Of a stretch of 64,000 bases of DNA, positions 25,781-35,127 are shown one piece after another. The notes below the pieces were generated by a model. That model saw nothing but the letters and a program-made list of their open reading frames with translations. It ran no database searches and had not been told where the DNA came from. Where the stretch lies: sequence record PV745554.1, one strand, 5' to 3'. Each line of letters opens with the position of its first letter. Within the stretch, counting starts at the first letter, position 1. The translations under genes and the position numbers were made by a program.

Positions 25781-26016
25781 ACGCCAACCAGCACATGCCC
25801 GACAACATGCCGTTCGGCCTCAAGGGGTTCCCCAAGGTCGAGCGGATCGACGGCGTGCGCAACATCGTCTACCTGACCTGCGGCGACAGCGTGCCGATCG
25901 TCCACTACATGGCGGGCGGCGAGGAGTGCGGCAATCCGCTGCGGGCCGACACCCTGGTCGCCGGCCCCTATCAGGACAAGTGGCTGGTCCTGCCGATCCC
26001 GGACGGCGCCCTGTGA
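25777..26016 (+). CDS. Hypothetical protein (GTG start)
   Basis: GGGAG RBS; GTGA overlap. Confidence 0.65.
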   Translation: MNANQHMPDNMPFGLKGFPKVERIDGVRNIVYLTCGDSVPIVHYMAGGEECGNPLRADTLVAGPYQDKWLVLPIPDGAL

Positions 26017-26255
26017 CCCGGCCGCTCAACGCCACCGAGGTCCTCTGCGACGCCTTCCGCGACCTTTTGACCAAGGGCTTCTACGTCACCGACGAGCACG
26101 GCGAGGTTCACGGACCGGGCACCCCGCTGGGCGATGCGGCCCTGGCGGCGACCAAGGCGTGGCGCGGCGACCTGTGGAAGGCCTTCCGCCCGATCGACGA
26201 CAGCATGTGCCCGGTGCGGGTTCACGAGCGCGAAGCGGCCAAGCGCGCGGGCTGA
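26013..26255 (+). CDS. Hypothetical protein (GTG start)
   Basis: GTGA overlap; 80 aa. Confidence 0.62.
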   Translation: MTRPLNATEVLCDAFRDLLTKGFYVTDEHGEVHGPGTPLGDAALAATKAWRGDLWKAFRPIDDSMCPVRVHEREAAKRAG

Positions 26256-26257
26256 AC

Positions 26258-26407
26258 ATGTCCGGATATGTCCGGATTTGGCCGGCAAATGTCCGGCAAG
26301 CACCACCGCTCATTGATTTCATTGAACTTTTAGTCTCGACCGGTGTCCAGCAAATGTCCGGCAATGGCCGGATTAAGGTTTGGCCGGATGACCGGATCGC
26401 CGGCCGG
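26258..26407. repeat. CCGG-core short repeat array, partly helically phased
   Basis: ATGTCCGG/TGGCCGG units; CCGG at 26262, 26272, 26282, 26293, 26340, 26358, 26368, 26384, 26392, 26400 and 26404. Confidence 0.7.
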
Positions 26408-26419
26408 TTTCGAAAGTGG

Positions 26420-26436
26420 TGTCGTGATTCTTGACA
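26420..26436 (+). promoter_or_regulatory. Late-type promoter motif (GATTC variant)
   Basis: TGTCGTGATTCTTGACA; GANTC is retained. Confidence 0.72.
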
Positions 26437-26487
26437 CCCCATGTCGTCTGTGGTGACATCCCCTCGTTAACCACGACGGGCTCTCCG

Positions 26488-26829
26488 ATGATCCGCCTGA
26501 CCCAGACCAAGCACATGAGCAACGAGGCCTCCAGCGACCAGCGTTGGTTCCTCGACCACACCCTGCGGTTCGAGGTGCATCCGATCCGCAACGAGGCCCA
26601 GGTCAAGGCTTGGCCGGGTGCCAGGGCGGCGGTCGTGGTCCACGGCGAAGCCCACTACGTCGACGAGACGCCCGAGCAGGTCATGTCTCTGCTGAAGGTC
26701 GTGCGCCATCCGCACGCCTACCGGCTTCAGGACGAAGCAGGTCACCTGATCGCGCCGGACGATCTGATCTGGATCGGCATGGACGGCGAGGGCGTCCTGG
26801 AATTCGGTCTGACCGAGATCAAGGGGTAG
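26488..26829 (+). CDS. Hypothetical protein
   Basis: 113 aa. Confidence 0.68.
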   Translation: MIRLTQTKHMSNEASSDQRWFLDHTLRFEVHPIRNEAQVKAWPGARAAVVVHGEAHYVDETPEQVMSLLKVVRHPHAYRLQDEAGHLIAPDDLIWIGMDGEGVLEFGLTEIKG

Positions 26830-26832
26830 GCC

Positions 26833-27513
26833 ATGACCTTCAATCTCGTCAACCAGCGCGAGTACGAGGCGCTGACCTACGCCAAGATCGTGGCCGACGG
26901 CGGCGTGCTGGCGGAGAGCGAGGTCAGGGTCCTGGCCAACGCCCTGCTGCGCGAGGAAGCGCGCTACGAGGACCGGCGCCTTGCCTTCATGCACCCGTCG
27001 ATCCTCTGCGCGAACGGCGAGTATTACGACTTCACCAACCCGGACGCCTTCTCCTGGGACATCCAGGTGATCGCCGCCGGCCTGCGCGCGCCGCGCTTCA
27101 CGGCCCAGACCCGCAGCAAGGGCACCTACTCGATCGCCCAGCACTCGCTTCTGGCCAGCTACATCGTGCCCAAGGGCTTCGAACTGGAGGCCCTGCTGCA
27201 TGACGCTCAGGAGAGCGTGCTGGGCGACAAGGCCACGCCGTTCAAAATCCTGCTGCCCGACTACAAGCACTACGAGGACATCGCCGAGGCCTCCGTGCGG
27301 CGCCGGTACGGCCTGCCGCCGACGATGAGCCCGGAGGTCAAGCACGCCGACCTCGTCATGCTCGCCACCGAGAAGCGCGACATCATGCCCAACCCCGAGG
27401 ACGAGTGGGCGATGCTCAAGGGCGTCGAGACCCTGCCCTTCGAGATCGAGGTCTGGGACGTCGAGCGCGCCCGCGACGCCTTCATCGCCCGCTTCGCCGA
27501 CCTGACGGCCTGA
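26833..27513 (+). CDS. HD-domain phosphohydrolase (YfbR-like 5'-deoxynucleotidase family)
   Basis: RFTAQT...YSIAQHSLL...ALLHDAQESVLGD...VKHADLVMLATE. Confidence 0.88.
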   Translation: MTFNLVNQREYEALTYAKIVADGGVLAESEVRVLANALLREEARYEDRRLAFMHPSILCANGEYYDFTNPDAFSWDIQVIAAGLRAPRFTAQTRSKGTYSIAQHSLLASYIVPKGFELEALLHDAQESVLGDKATPFKILLPDYKHYEDIAEASVRRRYGLPPTMSPEVKHADLVMLATEKRDIMPNPEDEWAMLKGVETLPFEIEVWDVERARDAFIARFADLTA

Positions 27514-27545
27514 CGTCCGCTCCTGACGTAGAACGATACGAGAAC

Positions 27546-27887
27546 ATGCCCATGATCCCCGCCCTGACCGACCAGCCTGCGATCCTTTCCGCCGAGCAGG
27601 CCCGCGAATTGACGGCCGGCATTTCGACCGACCGCCTGATCGAGGCGATCAAGAACGCGGTGATCGCCGCCGCGACCGCCGGCCTGAGCCGTGCGGTGAT
27701 CGGCAAGGACGTTGTGCGCGGCGTGCCTGACTGGAACGGCGACGCCGACGACACCGTGATCGGCCGGGCCGCCAAGCAGGCGCGCGCCGCCGGCTACACG
27801 GTCAAGAAAGGCATGGACGGCGACCTCGTCATCGAGTGGAAGGCCGCTTCTCGCCCGACGGGCGGGCTGGGCTATCTCGACCGCTGA
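27546..27887 (+). CDS. Hypothetical protein
   Basis: 113 aa. Confidence 0.68.
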   Translation: MPMIPALTDQPAILSAEQARELTAGISTDRLIEAIKNAVIAAATAGLSRAVIGKDVVRGVPDWNGDADDTVIGRAAKQARAAGYTVKKGMDGDLVIEWKAASRPTGGLGYLDR

Positions 27888-27891
27888 TCCG

Positions 27892-28095
27892 ATGTCCACC
27901 CGCGTCCAGCCCCATGACCTGCGCCTGGAGTCGGCCTTCGCCGACTTCCACGAGCGCAACCTGATGTGTCCGGAGCCGGATTGCGACTGGGGCGTGATCG
28001 ACACCGGCGAGACCGACCCCGACACCTGCATCCCCATCACCAAGTCCTGCCCGGTCTGCGACGGCAAGGGCTTCATGACTAGGAAGGCCGCCTGA
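27892..28095 (+). CDS. Zn-finger protein
   Basis: CPEPDC...CPVCDGKG. Confidence 0.72.
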   Translation: MSTRVQPHDLRLESAFADFHERNLMCPEPDCDWGVIDTGETDPDTCIPITKSCPVCDGKGFMTRKAA

Positions 28096-28535
28096 TGGTG
28101 GAGGTGGATCGGGCCTACCTCGCCGGCCTTATTGATGGCGAGGGGTGTATTTCCGTCAGTCGGACGCACTCGAACGCCTCGGCTAAGGGGTGCCGTCGGG
28201 GTTACGCGTACAGGTCGAGTGTCTCGGTAGCGATGACCAACAAGGAGGTTCTGCTCTGGGCGTCTGAGACTACGGGCTTTGGTAAGATTTGCCCCAAGAA
28301 AACTAAACCGCACCACCGTCCAGCATGGACTTGGACGGTTTGGAGCAAGCAGGCGGCAGAGCTTTTGAAGGCTCTTCAACCCTACCTCAGGATCAAGGCT
28401 GAACAGGCCAAGGCCCTGATCGAGTTCCAGCAAGCTATGCGTCAGCCGGGAAGCAAGGGCCTCTCGGATGAAGAATGGGAAAATCGGGAGCGCTCTTATG
28501 AGGCCTTCCGTCAAATGAACAAGAGAGGCCTATAA
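28095..28535 (+). mobile_element. Free-standing single-motif LAGLIDADG homing endonuclease gene
   Basis: YLAGLIDGEGCISV; LKALQPYLRIKAEQA; visibly lower GC than flanking genes. Confidence 0.88.
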
Positions 28536-29584
28536 TGACCGATGCTTACGCCCCCGATCTTTGCCTCTATCACGGGTCGTGCGCCGACGGCTTCACCGCC
28601 GCCTGGGCGGTTTACCAGCGCTTCGGCGGCCTGACCCAGTACCTGCCGGCGACCTACGGCCGGCCGATCAGCGACGACGTCGTCCTGGGCCGCCACATCC
28701 TGCTGGTCGACTTCTCCTTCAAGAAGGAGGAGTTGAAGCGCATCGCCCGGATCGCCGCCTCGGTGACCATCATCGACCACCACAAGTCGGCGGCCGAGGA
28801 CCTGCGCGAGTTCATCGTCAGCGACGCGCTGATGGACCTGACCCCGAACGAGTACGCCGAACTGAGCCACTTCGCCGGCAAGCTGCCGATCCGCGCCATG
28901 TTCGACATGGACCGCTCGGGCGCGGGCATGGCCTGGGACTTCTTCATGCGCTCCAGCCCGCGCATGAAGATCATCAACTACGTCGAGGACCGCGACCTCT
29001 GGCGCTTCGACCAGGAAGGCTCGCGCGAGGTCTCGGCCTACATCTTCGCCCACGACTACACGTTCGACAACTGGAACGCCCTGGCCGGCGAGATCGAGAT
29101 CGACCTGCCCACGGTGATCTCCGCCGGCGCGGCGATCGAGAAGAAGCACCACAAGGACATCGGCGAGCTTCTGCGCCAGACCAAGCGCGAGATGATCATC
29201 GGCGGCTACCGCGTGCCGGTCGCCAACATGCCCTACACCCTGGCCAGCGACGCGGCCAATAAGATGGCCTCGACCCCGAACGAGGACGGCACCATGCCGG
29301 CCTTCGCCGCCTGCTACTTCGACAACAACGCCGGCAAGCGGGCCTTCTCGCTGCGGGCGATCGACGGCGGCGCCGACGTGTCCCAGGTGGCGTCCAGCTA
29401 CGGCGGCGGCGGCCATGCCAAGGCTGCTGGCTTCTCGGCCCCGCAGGGCTGGGAAGGCGAGGACGGTGACGACCACATCACCGCCCAGATCAAGCGCGCC
29501 CTGGCCGACCCGCGTCCGGGCATCCCCGCCGCCCAGGTCGAAGCCGAGTTCGCCGCCCGTCGCGCGGGCAAGACCAATGCCTGA
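28535..29584 (+). CDS. DHH/DHHA1-family phosphoesterase
   Basis: YHGSCADG, LLVDFS, IIDHHKS and GGGHAKAAGF motifs. Confidence 0.9.
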   Translation: MTDAYAPDLCLYHGSCADGFTAAWAVYQRFGGLTQYLPATYGRPISDDVVLGRHILLVDFSFKKEELKRIARIAASVTIIDHHKSAAEDLREFIVSDALMDLTPNEYAELSHFAGKLPIRAMFDMDRSGAGMAWDFFMRSSPRMKIINYVEDRDLWRFDQEGSREVSAYIFAHDYTFDNWNALAGEIEIDLPTVISAGAAIEKKHHKDIGELLRQTKREMIIGGYRVPVANMPYTLASDAANKMASTPNEDGTMPAFAACYFDNNAGKRAFSLRAIDGGADVSQVASSYGGGGHAKAAGFSAPQGWEGEDGDDHITAQIKRALADPRPGIPAAQVEAEFAARRAGKTNA

Positions 29585-29747
29585 CGCCGTCCCCGCGCTC
29601 TCGGACGCCTCCAAGGCGGTGCTGGTCCTGGAGGACCGCTATGCCTGCTCCGAGGCCAAGAAGGTGGCGCTGCGGCAGTTCCGCAGCGCGATCGGCGAAC
29701 TCGGCCGGGTCGCCAACCAGTTTGAGCAGGAGGTCGGCGGTGGCTGA
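29577..29747 (+). CDS. Hypothetical protein
   Basis: 56-aa coupled ORF. Confidence 0.55.
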   Translation: MPDAVPALSDASKAVLVLEDRYACSEAKKVALRQFRSAIGELGRVANQFEQEVGGG

Positions 29748-30204
29748 CGAAAGCACCCTGCCGGCGCCGCCCGAGCCGCCGGCCTACGATTTCCGCAAGG
29801 ACGTCCTCCTGGTCGACCGCGCCCGGATGATCGCCAACGGCCTGCTCTCGGGCCAGCGCATCCTCCACGGGGACGAGCACACCCTGGCGCGCGCCTTGAT
29901 CGTCCTGCTGGAAGATCGCGAAGCGCGCGCCAACCCGCCTTGCACCTTGCTGGTGGTCGAGGGCGTCGTAGAACGCGATCGGCTCCAGTGGATGCTCGAT
30001 CCGACCGCCAGGGCCGTCCACGTCATCACGCCGATGCAGCGCGGACACGCCACGGTCGGCCGGCGCTACGCCGCGATCTTCGTTCGCTATCCCACCGCCG
30101 CGTGGTTCGAGGCCAAGAAGGTCGAGACCCACGAGTTCCAGCAATGGGAACGCGAACACCTCTATCCCCGCCTGACCAAGGGCGGCCACTTCCAGCACAT
30201 CTGA
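29740..30204 (+). CDS. Hypothetical protein (GTG start)
   Basis: AGGAGG RBS; 154 aa. Confidence 0.7.
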   Translation: MADESTLPAPPEPPAYDFRKDVLLVDRARMIANGLLSGQRILHGDEHTLARALIVLLEDREARANPPCTLLVVEGVVERDRLQWMLDPTARAVHVITPMQRGHATVGRRYAAIFVRYPTAAWFEAKKVETHEFQQWEREHLYPRLTKGGHFQHI

Positions 30205-30210
30205 GGTCCC

Positions 30211-30372
30211 ATGGAACCCGAAGTCTTCACCGTCGACGCCGCCCCGGCTGACATCCCCGCCCCGAAGCCCAAGCCGCGCGCCCGGCCCTACGAGCCCCAG
30301 CGCTTCAACAGCTTCAAGGCTGCGCTGTTCGGCACCTCGTCGCTGGTCCAGATCACCTTCTACGCCGGATGA
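30211..30372 (+). CDS. Hypothetical protein (53 aa)
   Basis: GAGG RBS; ATGA overlap with the next gene. Confidence 0.55.
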   Translation: MEPEVFTVDAAPADIPAPKPKPRARPYEPQRFNSFKAALFGTSSLVQITFYAG

Positions 30373-30638
30373 CCCCGTCCCGCCGCAAGGCGCTCCAAGC
30401 CCAGATCGAGACGTGCAAGGAGTCGAGCTTGGTGGTCGAGGAGTCCACCAAGCACTGGCGGCGCGACTACGAGGCCTACCATCACATCATGGTCTCGGGC
30501 GAGGTGGGGCGCTATTCCGACGAGGCCCTGAAGGCGATCAGCCTGAGGGCCTCGGCCACCTACGAGGCGCTCTTGGACGCGCTCCGTGTACACGCCAACA
30601 ACCTGGACCGCCTGAGGTCCATCAAGGGCTCCTTCTGA
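30369..30638 (+). CDS. Hypothetical protein
   Basis: 89 aa. Confidence 0.65.
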   Translation: MTPSRRKALQAQIETCKESSLVVEESTKHWRRDYEAYHHIMVSGEVGRYSDEALKAISLRASATYEALLDALRVHANNLDRLRSIKGSF

Positions 30639-31081
30639 TGCGCTACTTCCTGGACACCGAGTTCAACGCGTTCGGCGGCGACCTGATCTCGCTGGCCCTG
30701 GTCCGCGAGGACGGGGCCTACATCTACCTCATCTACCCCAAGCTCGACGAGTACGATCCCTGGGTCGCCGAGAACGTCCTGCCCAAGCTGCGCCCGACCG
30801 GCATCGCCTGCACCGAGGTCGACCAGCAGCAGGGGGCCGTCCACATCGCCGAGTTCCTGAAGGGCGATCCCTCGCCGATGATCGTCACCGACTGGCCCGA
30901 CGACATCCGCTACTTCTGCGCCGCGATCATCACCGGCCCTGGGCAGATGGCGCCGATCCCCGGTCTGGCCTTCCAGATGATCCGCATCGACGCCTACCCG
31001 ACCAAGCTGGCGGGCGCGACCGAGATGCAGCACAACGCCCTGTGGGATGCGCGCGCCCTGCGCTATCTGCTGCTGTCGTGA
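30638..31081 (+). CDS. DEDD-type 3'-5' exoribonuclease (Rv2179c-like)
   Basis: YFLDTEF...LISLALV...HNALWDARAL. Confidence 0.85.
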   Translation: MRYFLDTEFNAFGGDLISLALVREDGAYIYLIYPKLDEYDPWVAENVLPKLRPTGIACTEVDQQQGAVHIAEFLKGDPSPMIVTDWPDDIRYFCAAIITGPGQMAPIPGLAFQMIRIDAYPTKLAGATEMQHNALWDARALRYLLLS

Positions 31082-31128
31082 GGCCGACCAGCCGGCGGGG
31101 GCGCAAGAAGCCCCCGCGCAACTACCGG

Positions 31129-31611
31129 ATGATGGCGGCGACCTCGACGGTCGGGGCGTCCGCCACCCACCGTACCTATCCGGGCAAGCTGGTCGCGCCC
31201 GCGCCGGGCCACTGCCGCTGGTGCAACGCCGGCATCTTCAAGCCGGACGGCACGATCAATCGCCGCAAGACCTTCTGCTCGCAGGTCTGCGTCTCCCACT
31301 ACCTCCTGCGGGCCGATCCCTCCGAGATGCGCCGCCACGTCTTCTTCCGCGACCAGGGGGTCTGCGGCATGTGCGGACAGCGCTGGCTCTACCTGGACGA
31401 TAAGTGGCAAGCCGACCACATCGAGCCGTTGTTTATGGCCTTCGGGGACATCTCCTACTGGGAGCCCGAGAACGTCCAGGTCCTCTGCACCGACCCCTGC
31501 CACAAGGAAAAGTCGGCCTCCGACATGCGGAAATACGGCTTCGTCCTGAAGATGACCAAGCCTGCCAAGCAGGCCCAGCCCCACCGGCGCCTAGCCGAAA
31601 GGTTGGGGTGA
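31129..31611 (+). CDS. HNH endonuclease
   Basis: RDQGVCGMCG...WQADHIEPL...ENVQVLC...CHKEKS, plus an N-terminal CRWC...FCSQVC zinc motif. Confidence 0.85.
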   Translation: MMAATSTVGASATHRTYPGKLVAPAPGHCRWCNAGIFKPDGTINRRKTFCSQVCVSHYLLRADPSEMRRHVFFRDQGVCGMCGQRWLYLDDKWQADHIEPLFMAFGDISYWEPENVQVLCTDPCHKEKSASDMRKYGFVLKMTKPAKQAQPHRRLAERLG

Positions 31612-31624
31612 GTCAAGCGCGAAA

Positions 31625-31641
31625 AGTCGTGAATCTTGACA
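31625..31641 (+). promoter_or_regulatory. Late-type promoter motif
   Basis: AGTCGTGAATCTTGACA upstream of the scaffold gene. Confidence 0.75.
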
Positions 31642-31771
31642 TTCCACGAATTTTTTGCTAGAACTCCCAGCATCCCGATTGAGGCTGGCGCCCATCCCCG
31701 ACAAAGCCAGTCGTCTCGCAACGCGACGGGTCGTCGCCCACTCCACGGGGTCCGTGGAAAGAGAGAAACCT

Positions 31772-32563
31772 ATGCCTGTTCTTACGTATGATACCCTCGA
31801 CATGGTCCCCGAGGGCCTGCGCGAGGTGGCGAAGCAAGTCGATGGCAGCGACAAGTTCAGCGTGAACGTCGTTCCGGCCAAGACGATCGACGAGTTCCGC
31901 GACAACAACATCAAGATTTCGAAGGAGCGTGACTCGCTCCTGGAACGGCTGGGCGTTCTGGAGCCCATCGTCGGGGAAGACCCCGCCGGCTTCCAGGCCA
32001 AGCTCGCCGAACTTCAGTCGATCGCCCAACGGGTGGCCGACGGTGACCTGAAGGAAGGCCGCACCCTCGAAGAAGCGCTTCAGAAGCGCACCGAGGAAAT
32101 GCGGAAGCAGTACGACGAGCAGCTTCAGAAGACGGGCAAGGACCGCGCCGCGTGGCAGTCCAAGCACGACGACCTGGAGCGCCGCTTCAAGCAGTCGCTG
32201 GTGTCGAACGCGATCACCGCCGCTGCGATGGCGCAGGGCTCGGGCGTCGATCCGACGGCCATCGGCGACGTGGTCCGCTCGGGCCTCGACGTCTTCAAGG
32301 TCGACGATCAGGGCCGCCTGACCCCCTATGCGGGCGATGCTCCGATCTACGGCGCCGACGGCGTCACGCCGATGACCGCCAAGGAGTGGCTGGCCAAGCT
32401 GAAGGAGGAGAAGCCCTACTTCTTCCTCAACAGCAGCGGCGGCGGCGCCGGTGGCGACAAGACCAAGACGGTCCATGGCGTCTCGGCCGAGAAGCTGAAG
32501 GGCATGTCGGCGGCCGAACGGCTGGCGATCGCCAACAACGAGAAGTCGGCGCGTCTGCGCTAA
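31772..32563 (+). CDS. Putative capsid scaffolding protein
   Basis: 263 aa, coiled-coil rich; ends PYFF...GGGAGG; immediately upstream of the MCP. Confidence 0.72.
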   Translation: MPVLTYDTLDMVPEGLREVAKQVDGSDKFSVNVVPAKTIDEFRDNNIKISKERDSLLERLGVLEPIVGEDPAGFQAKLAELQSIAQRVADGDLKEGRTLEEALQKRTEEMRKQYDEQLQKTGKDRAAWQSKHDDLERRFKQSLVSNAITAAAMAQGSGVDPTAIGDVVRSGLDVFKVDDQGRLTPYAGDAPIYGADGVTPMTAKEWLAKLKEEKPYFFLNSSGGGAGGDKTKTVHGVSAEKLKGMSAAERLAIANNEKSARLR

Positions 32564-32587
32564 GTCACGAAACCCTGGTTTTGTGAG
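32564..32587. promoter_or_regulatory. 24-bp operator-like palindrome
   Basis: GTCACGAAACCCTGGTTTTGTGAG. Confidence 0.65.
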
Positions 32588-32698
32588 ATGCGCCCTTCGG
32601 GGCAGGAGTTGCCGGGCTCTCCTAAAAGCCCGGAGCCAATTCGCCTGAACGGGCATCGGAGCTTGAGCGCCTAGCTGGCGATCGCTCGCACAAGTCAA

Positions 32699-32722
32699 GT
32701 CACGAAACCAGGGTTTCGTGAC
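32699..32722. promoter_or_regulatory. 24-bp operator-like palindrome (perfect 11-bp arms)
   Basis: GTCACGAAACC-AG-GGTTTCGTGAC. Confidence 0.75.
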
Positions 32723-32821
32723 AAGAGAATTCCCTCGGTGACTGCCGGTCGACCGAGGGACAGACCGAGACGGGGTCCGTCTCTCAACACGGCCGGCGCG
32801 AACACCAAAAGGAGCAAGCCA

Positions 32822-33757
32822 ATGGCTGCTGTGACCCTGCTGCAAGCGTCCGAAATGGCGCTCGGCAACGACGAAGTCAAGCGCGCCGCGATCATCGAGC
32901 TTTTCGCGACGCCCGACATCCTGCGCGTGATCCCGTTCCTGGACATCCAGGGCGGCGCGTACACCTACCTGCAAGAAGGCCAGCTCTCGGGCGTCGCCTT
33001 CCGGGGCATCAACGAGTCCTACGACACGTCGACCGGCGTGATCAACCCGCAAGTCGAGCGCCTGCGCATCGTCGGCGGTGACCTGGACGTCGACAAGGCC
33101 CTGCTGAAGACCCACGGCGCCAACGTCCGCTCGCAGCAGGAGCGCATGAAGGTCAAGGCTCTGAGCCTGTACCTCGCCGGCAAGATCGTCAACGGCGACT
33201 CGGAAAACGACCCGCGTGAGTTCGACGGTCTGCGCAAGCGCATCACCGGCTCGCAACTCTTCCCGGCCGGCAACACCTCGGGCGGCGACGCCCTGTCGCT
33301 GGCCGTCCTGGACGAAGCCATCGACGCGGTCGACGGTGCGACGCACCTGATCATGTCGAAGCGCATGCGTAACCTGCTCGCGCAGTCGGCCAACAACCCC
33401 AACGTCACCGGCTACGTGACCTGGGACAAGGACGAGTTCGGCATGCGCGTCATGCGCTACGCCGACCTGCCGATCCTGGTGACCGACTACGACGACAAGA
33501 ACCAGCAGGTCATCGACTTCAACGAAGCCAACCCCGGCGGTGGCGCCGCTGTCGGCACCTCGATCTACGTCGTCAACATCGGCGACGAAGGCGTGGTCGG
33601 CCTCCAGAACGGCATCATGGAGATCGAAGACCTCGGCGAGATCGACGCCAAGCCGGTTCTGCGTACCCGCGTGGAATGGCTGGTTTCGCTGGCCGTCCTG
33701 AGCGGCCGTGCTGCCGCTCGCGTCTGGGGCATCAAGAAGGCCGCTGTCACCCGCTAA
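32822..33757 (+). CDS. Major capsid protein (HK97 fold)
   Basis: 311 aa; AGGAG RBS; very strong codon bias; VAFRGINESY...LRIVGGDLDVD...EFDGLRK motifs; position after scaffold. Confidence 0.9.
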   Translation: MAAVTLLQASEMALGNDEVKRAAIIELFATPDILRVIPFLDIQGGAYTYLQEGQLSGVAFRGINESYDTSTGVINPQVERLRIVGGDLDVDKALLKTHGANVRSQQERMKVKALSLYLAGKIVNGDSENDPREFDGLRKRITGSQLFPAGNTSGGDALSLAVLDEAIDAVDGATHLIMSKRMRNLLAQSANNPNVTGYVTWDKDEFGMRVMRYADLPILVTDYDDKNQQVIDFNEANPGGGAAVGTSIYVVNIGDEGVVGLQNGIMEIEDLGEIDAKPVLRTRVEWLVSLAVLSGRAAARVWGIKKAAVTR

Positions 33758-33768
33758 GGGTGATGGCT

Positions 33769-33788
33769 CAGGGGGCTTCGGCCCCCTG
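33769..33788 (+). other. UUCG-capped hairpin after the MCP gene
   Basis: CAGGGGGC-TTCG-GCCCCCTG with no U-tract. Confidence 0.6.
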
Positions 33789-33833
33789 ACCTTCCTGGAC
33801 CTCGTCAACCCCATCTAAGCAGGAACTCCCCAG

Positions 33834-34280
33834 ATGGAATCCAAGATTCGTCACCAGTACGACGCGCTCCTGGCGCTTCAGCCGGTCGGCACCGCTGCGG
33901 TCACCGCTGACGGTTCGTCCGTGAATTCGGTCGACCTGTACCGCATCGCCAACGGTCGCGGCGACATCGCCGGCCGCTACGGCATCGGTTCGTTCGACAT
34001 CGTCTTCAACTTCAAGGCGATCACCACCGGCGGCACCGTCGCTGAGACCTACTCGGTCTCGGTCGTGACCACCGACGCGGCCGGCGCCAACCCGGTTGTC
34101 CAGCACACCTTCACGGTGGACGCTGGTCTGATCGGCGACCCCTACGTCCTGGCCTTCCACCCGGCTTCGCTGAAGCTGAAGGATGCCGACGCGGCCAAGG
34201 TGAAGCTGACCATCGACGTCGCGGGCACCGCCCCGTCGCTCGACTTCTTCGCCTTCGTGGCTCCGCACTCGCACCAGTAA
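33834..34280 (+). CDS. Minor capsid / decoration protein
   Basis: 148 aa, beta-rich; AGGA RBS; directly after the MCP. Confidence 0.7.
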   Translation: MESKIRHQYDALLALQPVGTAAVTADGSSVNSVDLYRIANGRGDIAGRYGIGSFDIVFNFKAITTGGTVAETYSVSVVTTDAAGANPVVQHTFTVDAGLIGDPYVLAFHPASLKLKDADAAKVKLTIDVAGTAPSLDFFAFVAPHSHQ

Positions 34281-34315
34281 TGGGCGAGCCGGACCACCGG
34301 CAAGTCGACCAAGTC

Positions 34316-34349
34316 AAACCCCGGACCTCGCGGTCCGGGGTTTTTCTTT
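34316..34349 (+). terminator. Rho-independent terminator
   Basis: CCCCGGACC-tcgc-GGTCCGGGG followed by TTTTTCTTT. Confidence 0.88.
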
Positions 34350-34375
34350 GGACCCAGCCCGGAAGCTCTCCGGAC

Positions 34376-34392
34376 TGTCGTGAATCTTGACA
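34376..34392 (+). promoter_or_regulatory. Late-type promoter motif
   Basis: TGTCGTGAATCTTGACA. Confidence 0.75.
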
Positions 34393-34479
34393 CAAGGCCC
34401 GTTTCATGCCAGAAGTCAAGGTCTCTTTTGCGCGCGTCTTTTTAGGCGCGCCGGCCTTCCCCGAAACGGATATTTCCCC

Positions 34480-34839
34480 ATGAGCAACAAGAACCTCGTC
34501 GAAGTCTTCTCGCCCGAAGGCAAGCGCGAACTGCACTCCCGCCTGAACGCCAACGATCTGGTCAACGGCGCCGGCTGGACCTGGAAGAAGAACGCCAGCC
34601 CGGACGTCACGCCGGCCGCGCACGCGCCCTACCGCTCGACCGCCAAGAACGGTCCCGAGCCGGCCCAGGCCGTCCTCGACATGGCGGGTCACCGCAACGA
34701 TCGCACGATCGAAGAAGTCACCGGCGCCGCCGACGCTGACGACACCGAAGTCGAGGACGAAGTCGTCGAGCCGGCCGCCGAGGAAGAAGCCCCGGCCGCT
34801 GCTCCGGCGCGCGGTCGCGGTCGCAAGGCGGGCGCCTAA
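34480..34839 (+). CDS. Hypothetical virion-associated protein with acidic region and RGRGRK tail
   Basis: 119 aa; resembles the 48721 ORF. Confidence 0.7.
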   Translation: MSNKNLVEVFSPEGKRELHSRLNANDLVNGAGWTWKKNASPDVTPAAHAPYRSTAKNGPEPAQAVLDMAGHRNDRTIEEVTGAADADDTEVEDEVVEPAAEEEAPAAAPARGRGRKAGA

Positions 34840-34842
34840 GCC

Positions 34843-35124
34843 ATGCTGGAACTCGGCTACTTCGCAAAGACCTGGGTGCTCGACGTGACGTCGGCCTCGG
34901 ACGCGTTCGACAATCCGGGCAACGGCCAGACGTTCGTCGTCCGCGCCGACCGCAAGGTGCATCTGGCGCGCTCGAACGATGCGGGGGCCGAGGCGACCAC
35001 GGACGATTGTCCGCTGCTGGAAAACGAAGCCGCGCGCTTTGCGATGGAGGCTGGCGGCTCGCTGGCCTTCATCCTGGCGGACGGCGAGACCGACGGCAAA
35101 ATCTACATCACCCAGGTGAACTAA
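34843..35124 (+). CDS. Hypothetical structural protein
   Basis: 93 aa in the structural operon. Confidence 0.7.
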   Translation: MLELGYFAKTWVLDVTSASDAFDNPGNGQTFVVRADRKVHLARSNDAGAEATTDDCPLLENEAARFAMEAGGSLAFILADGETDGKIYITQVN

Positions 35125-35127
35125 CCC

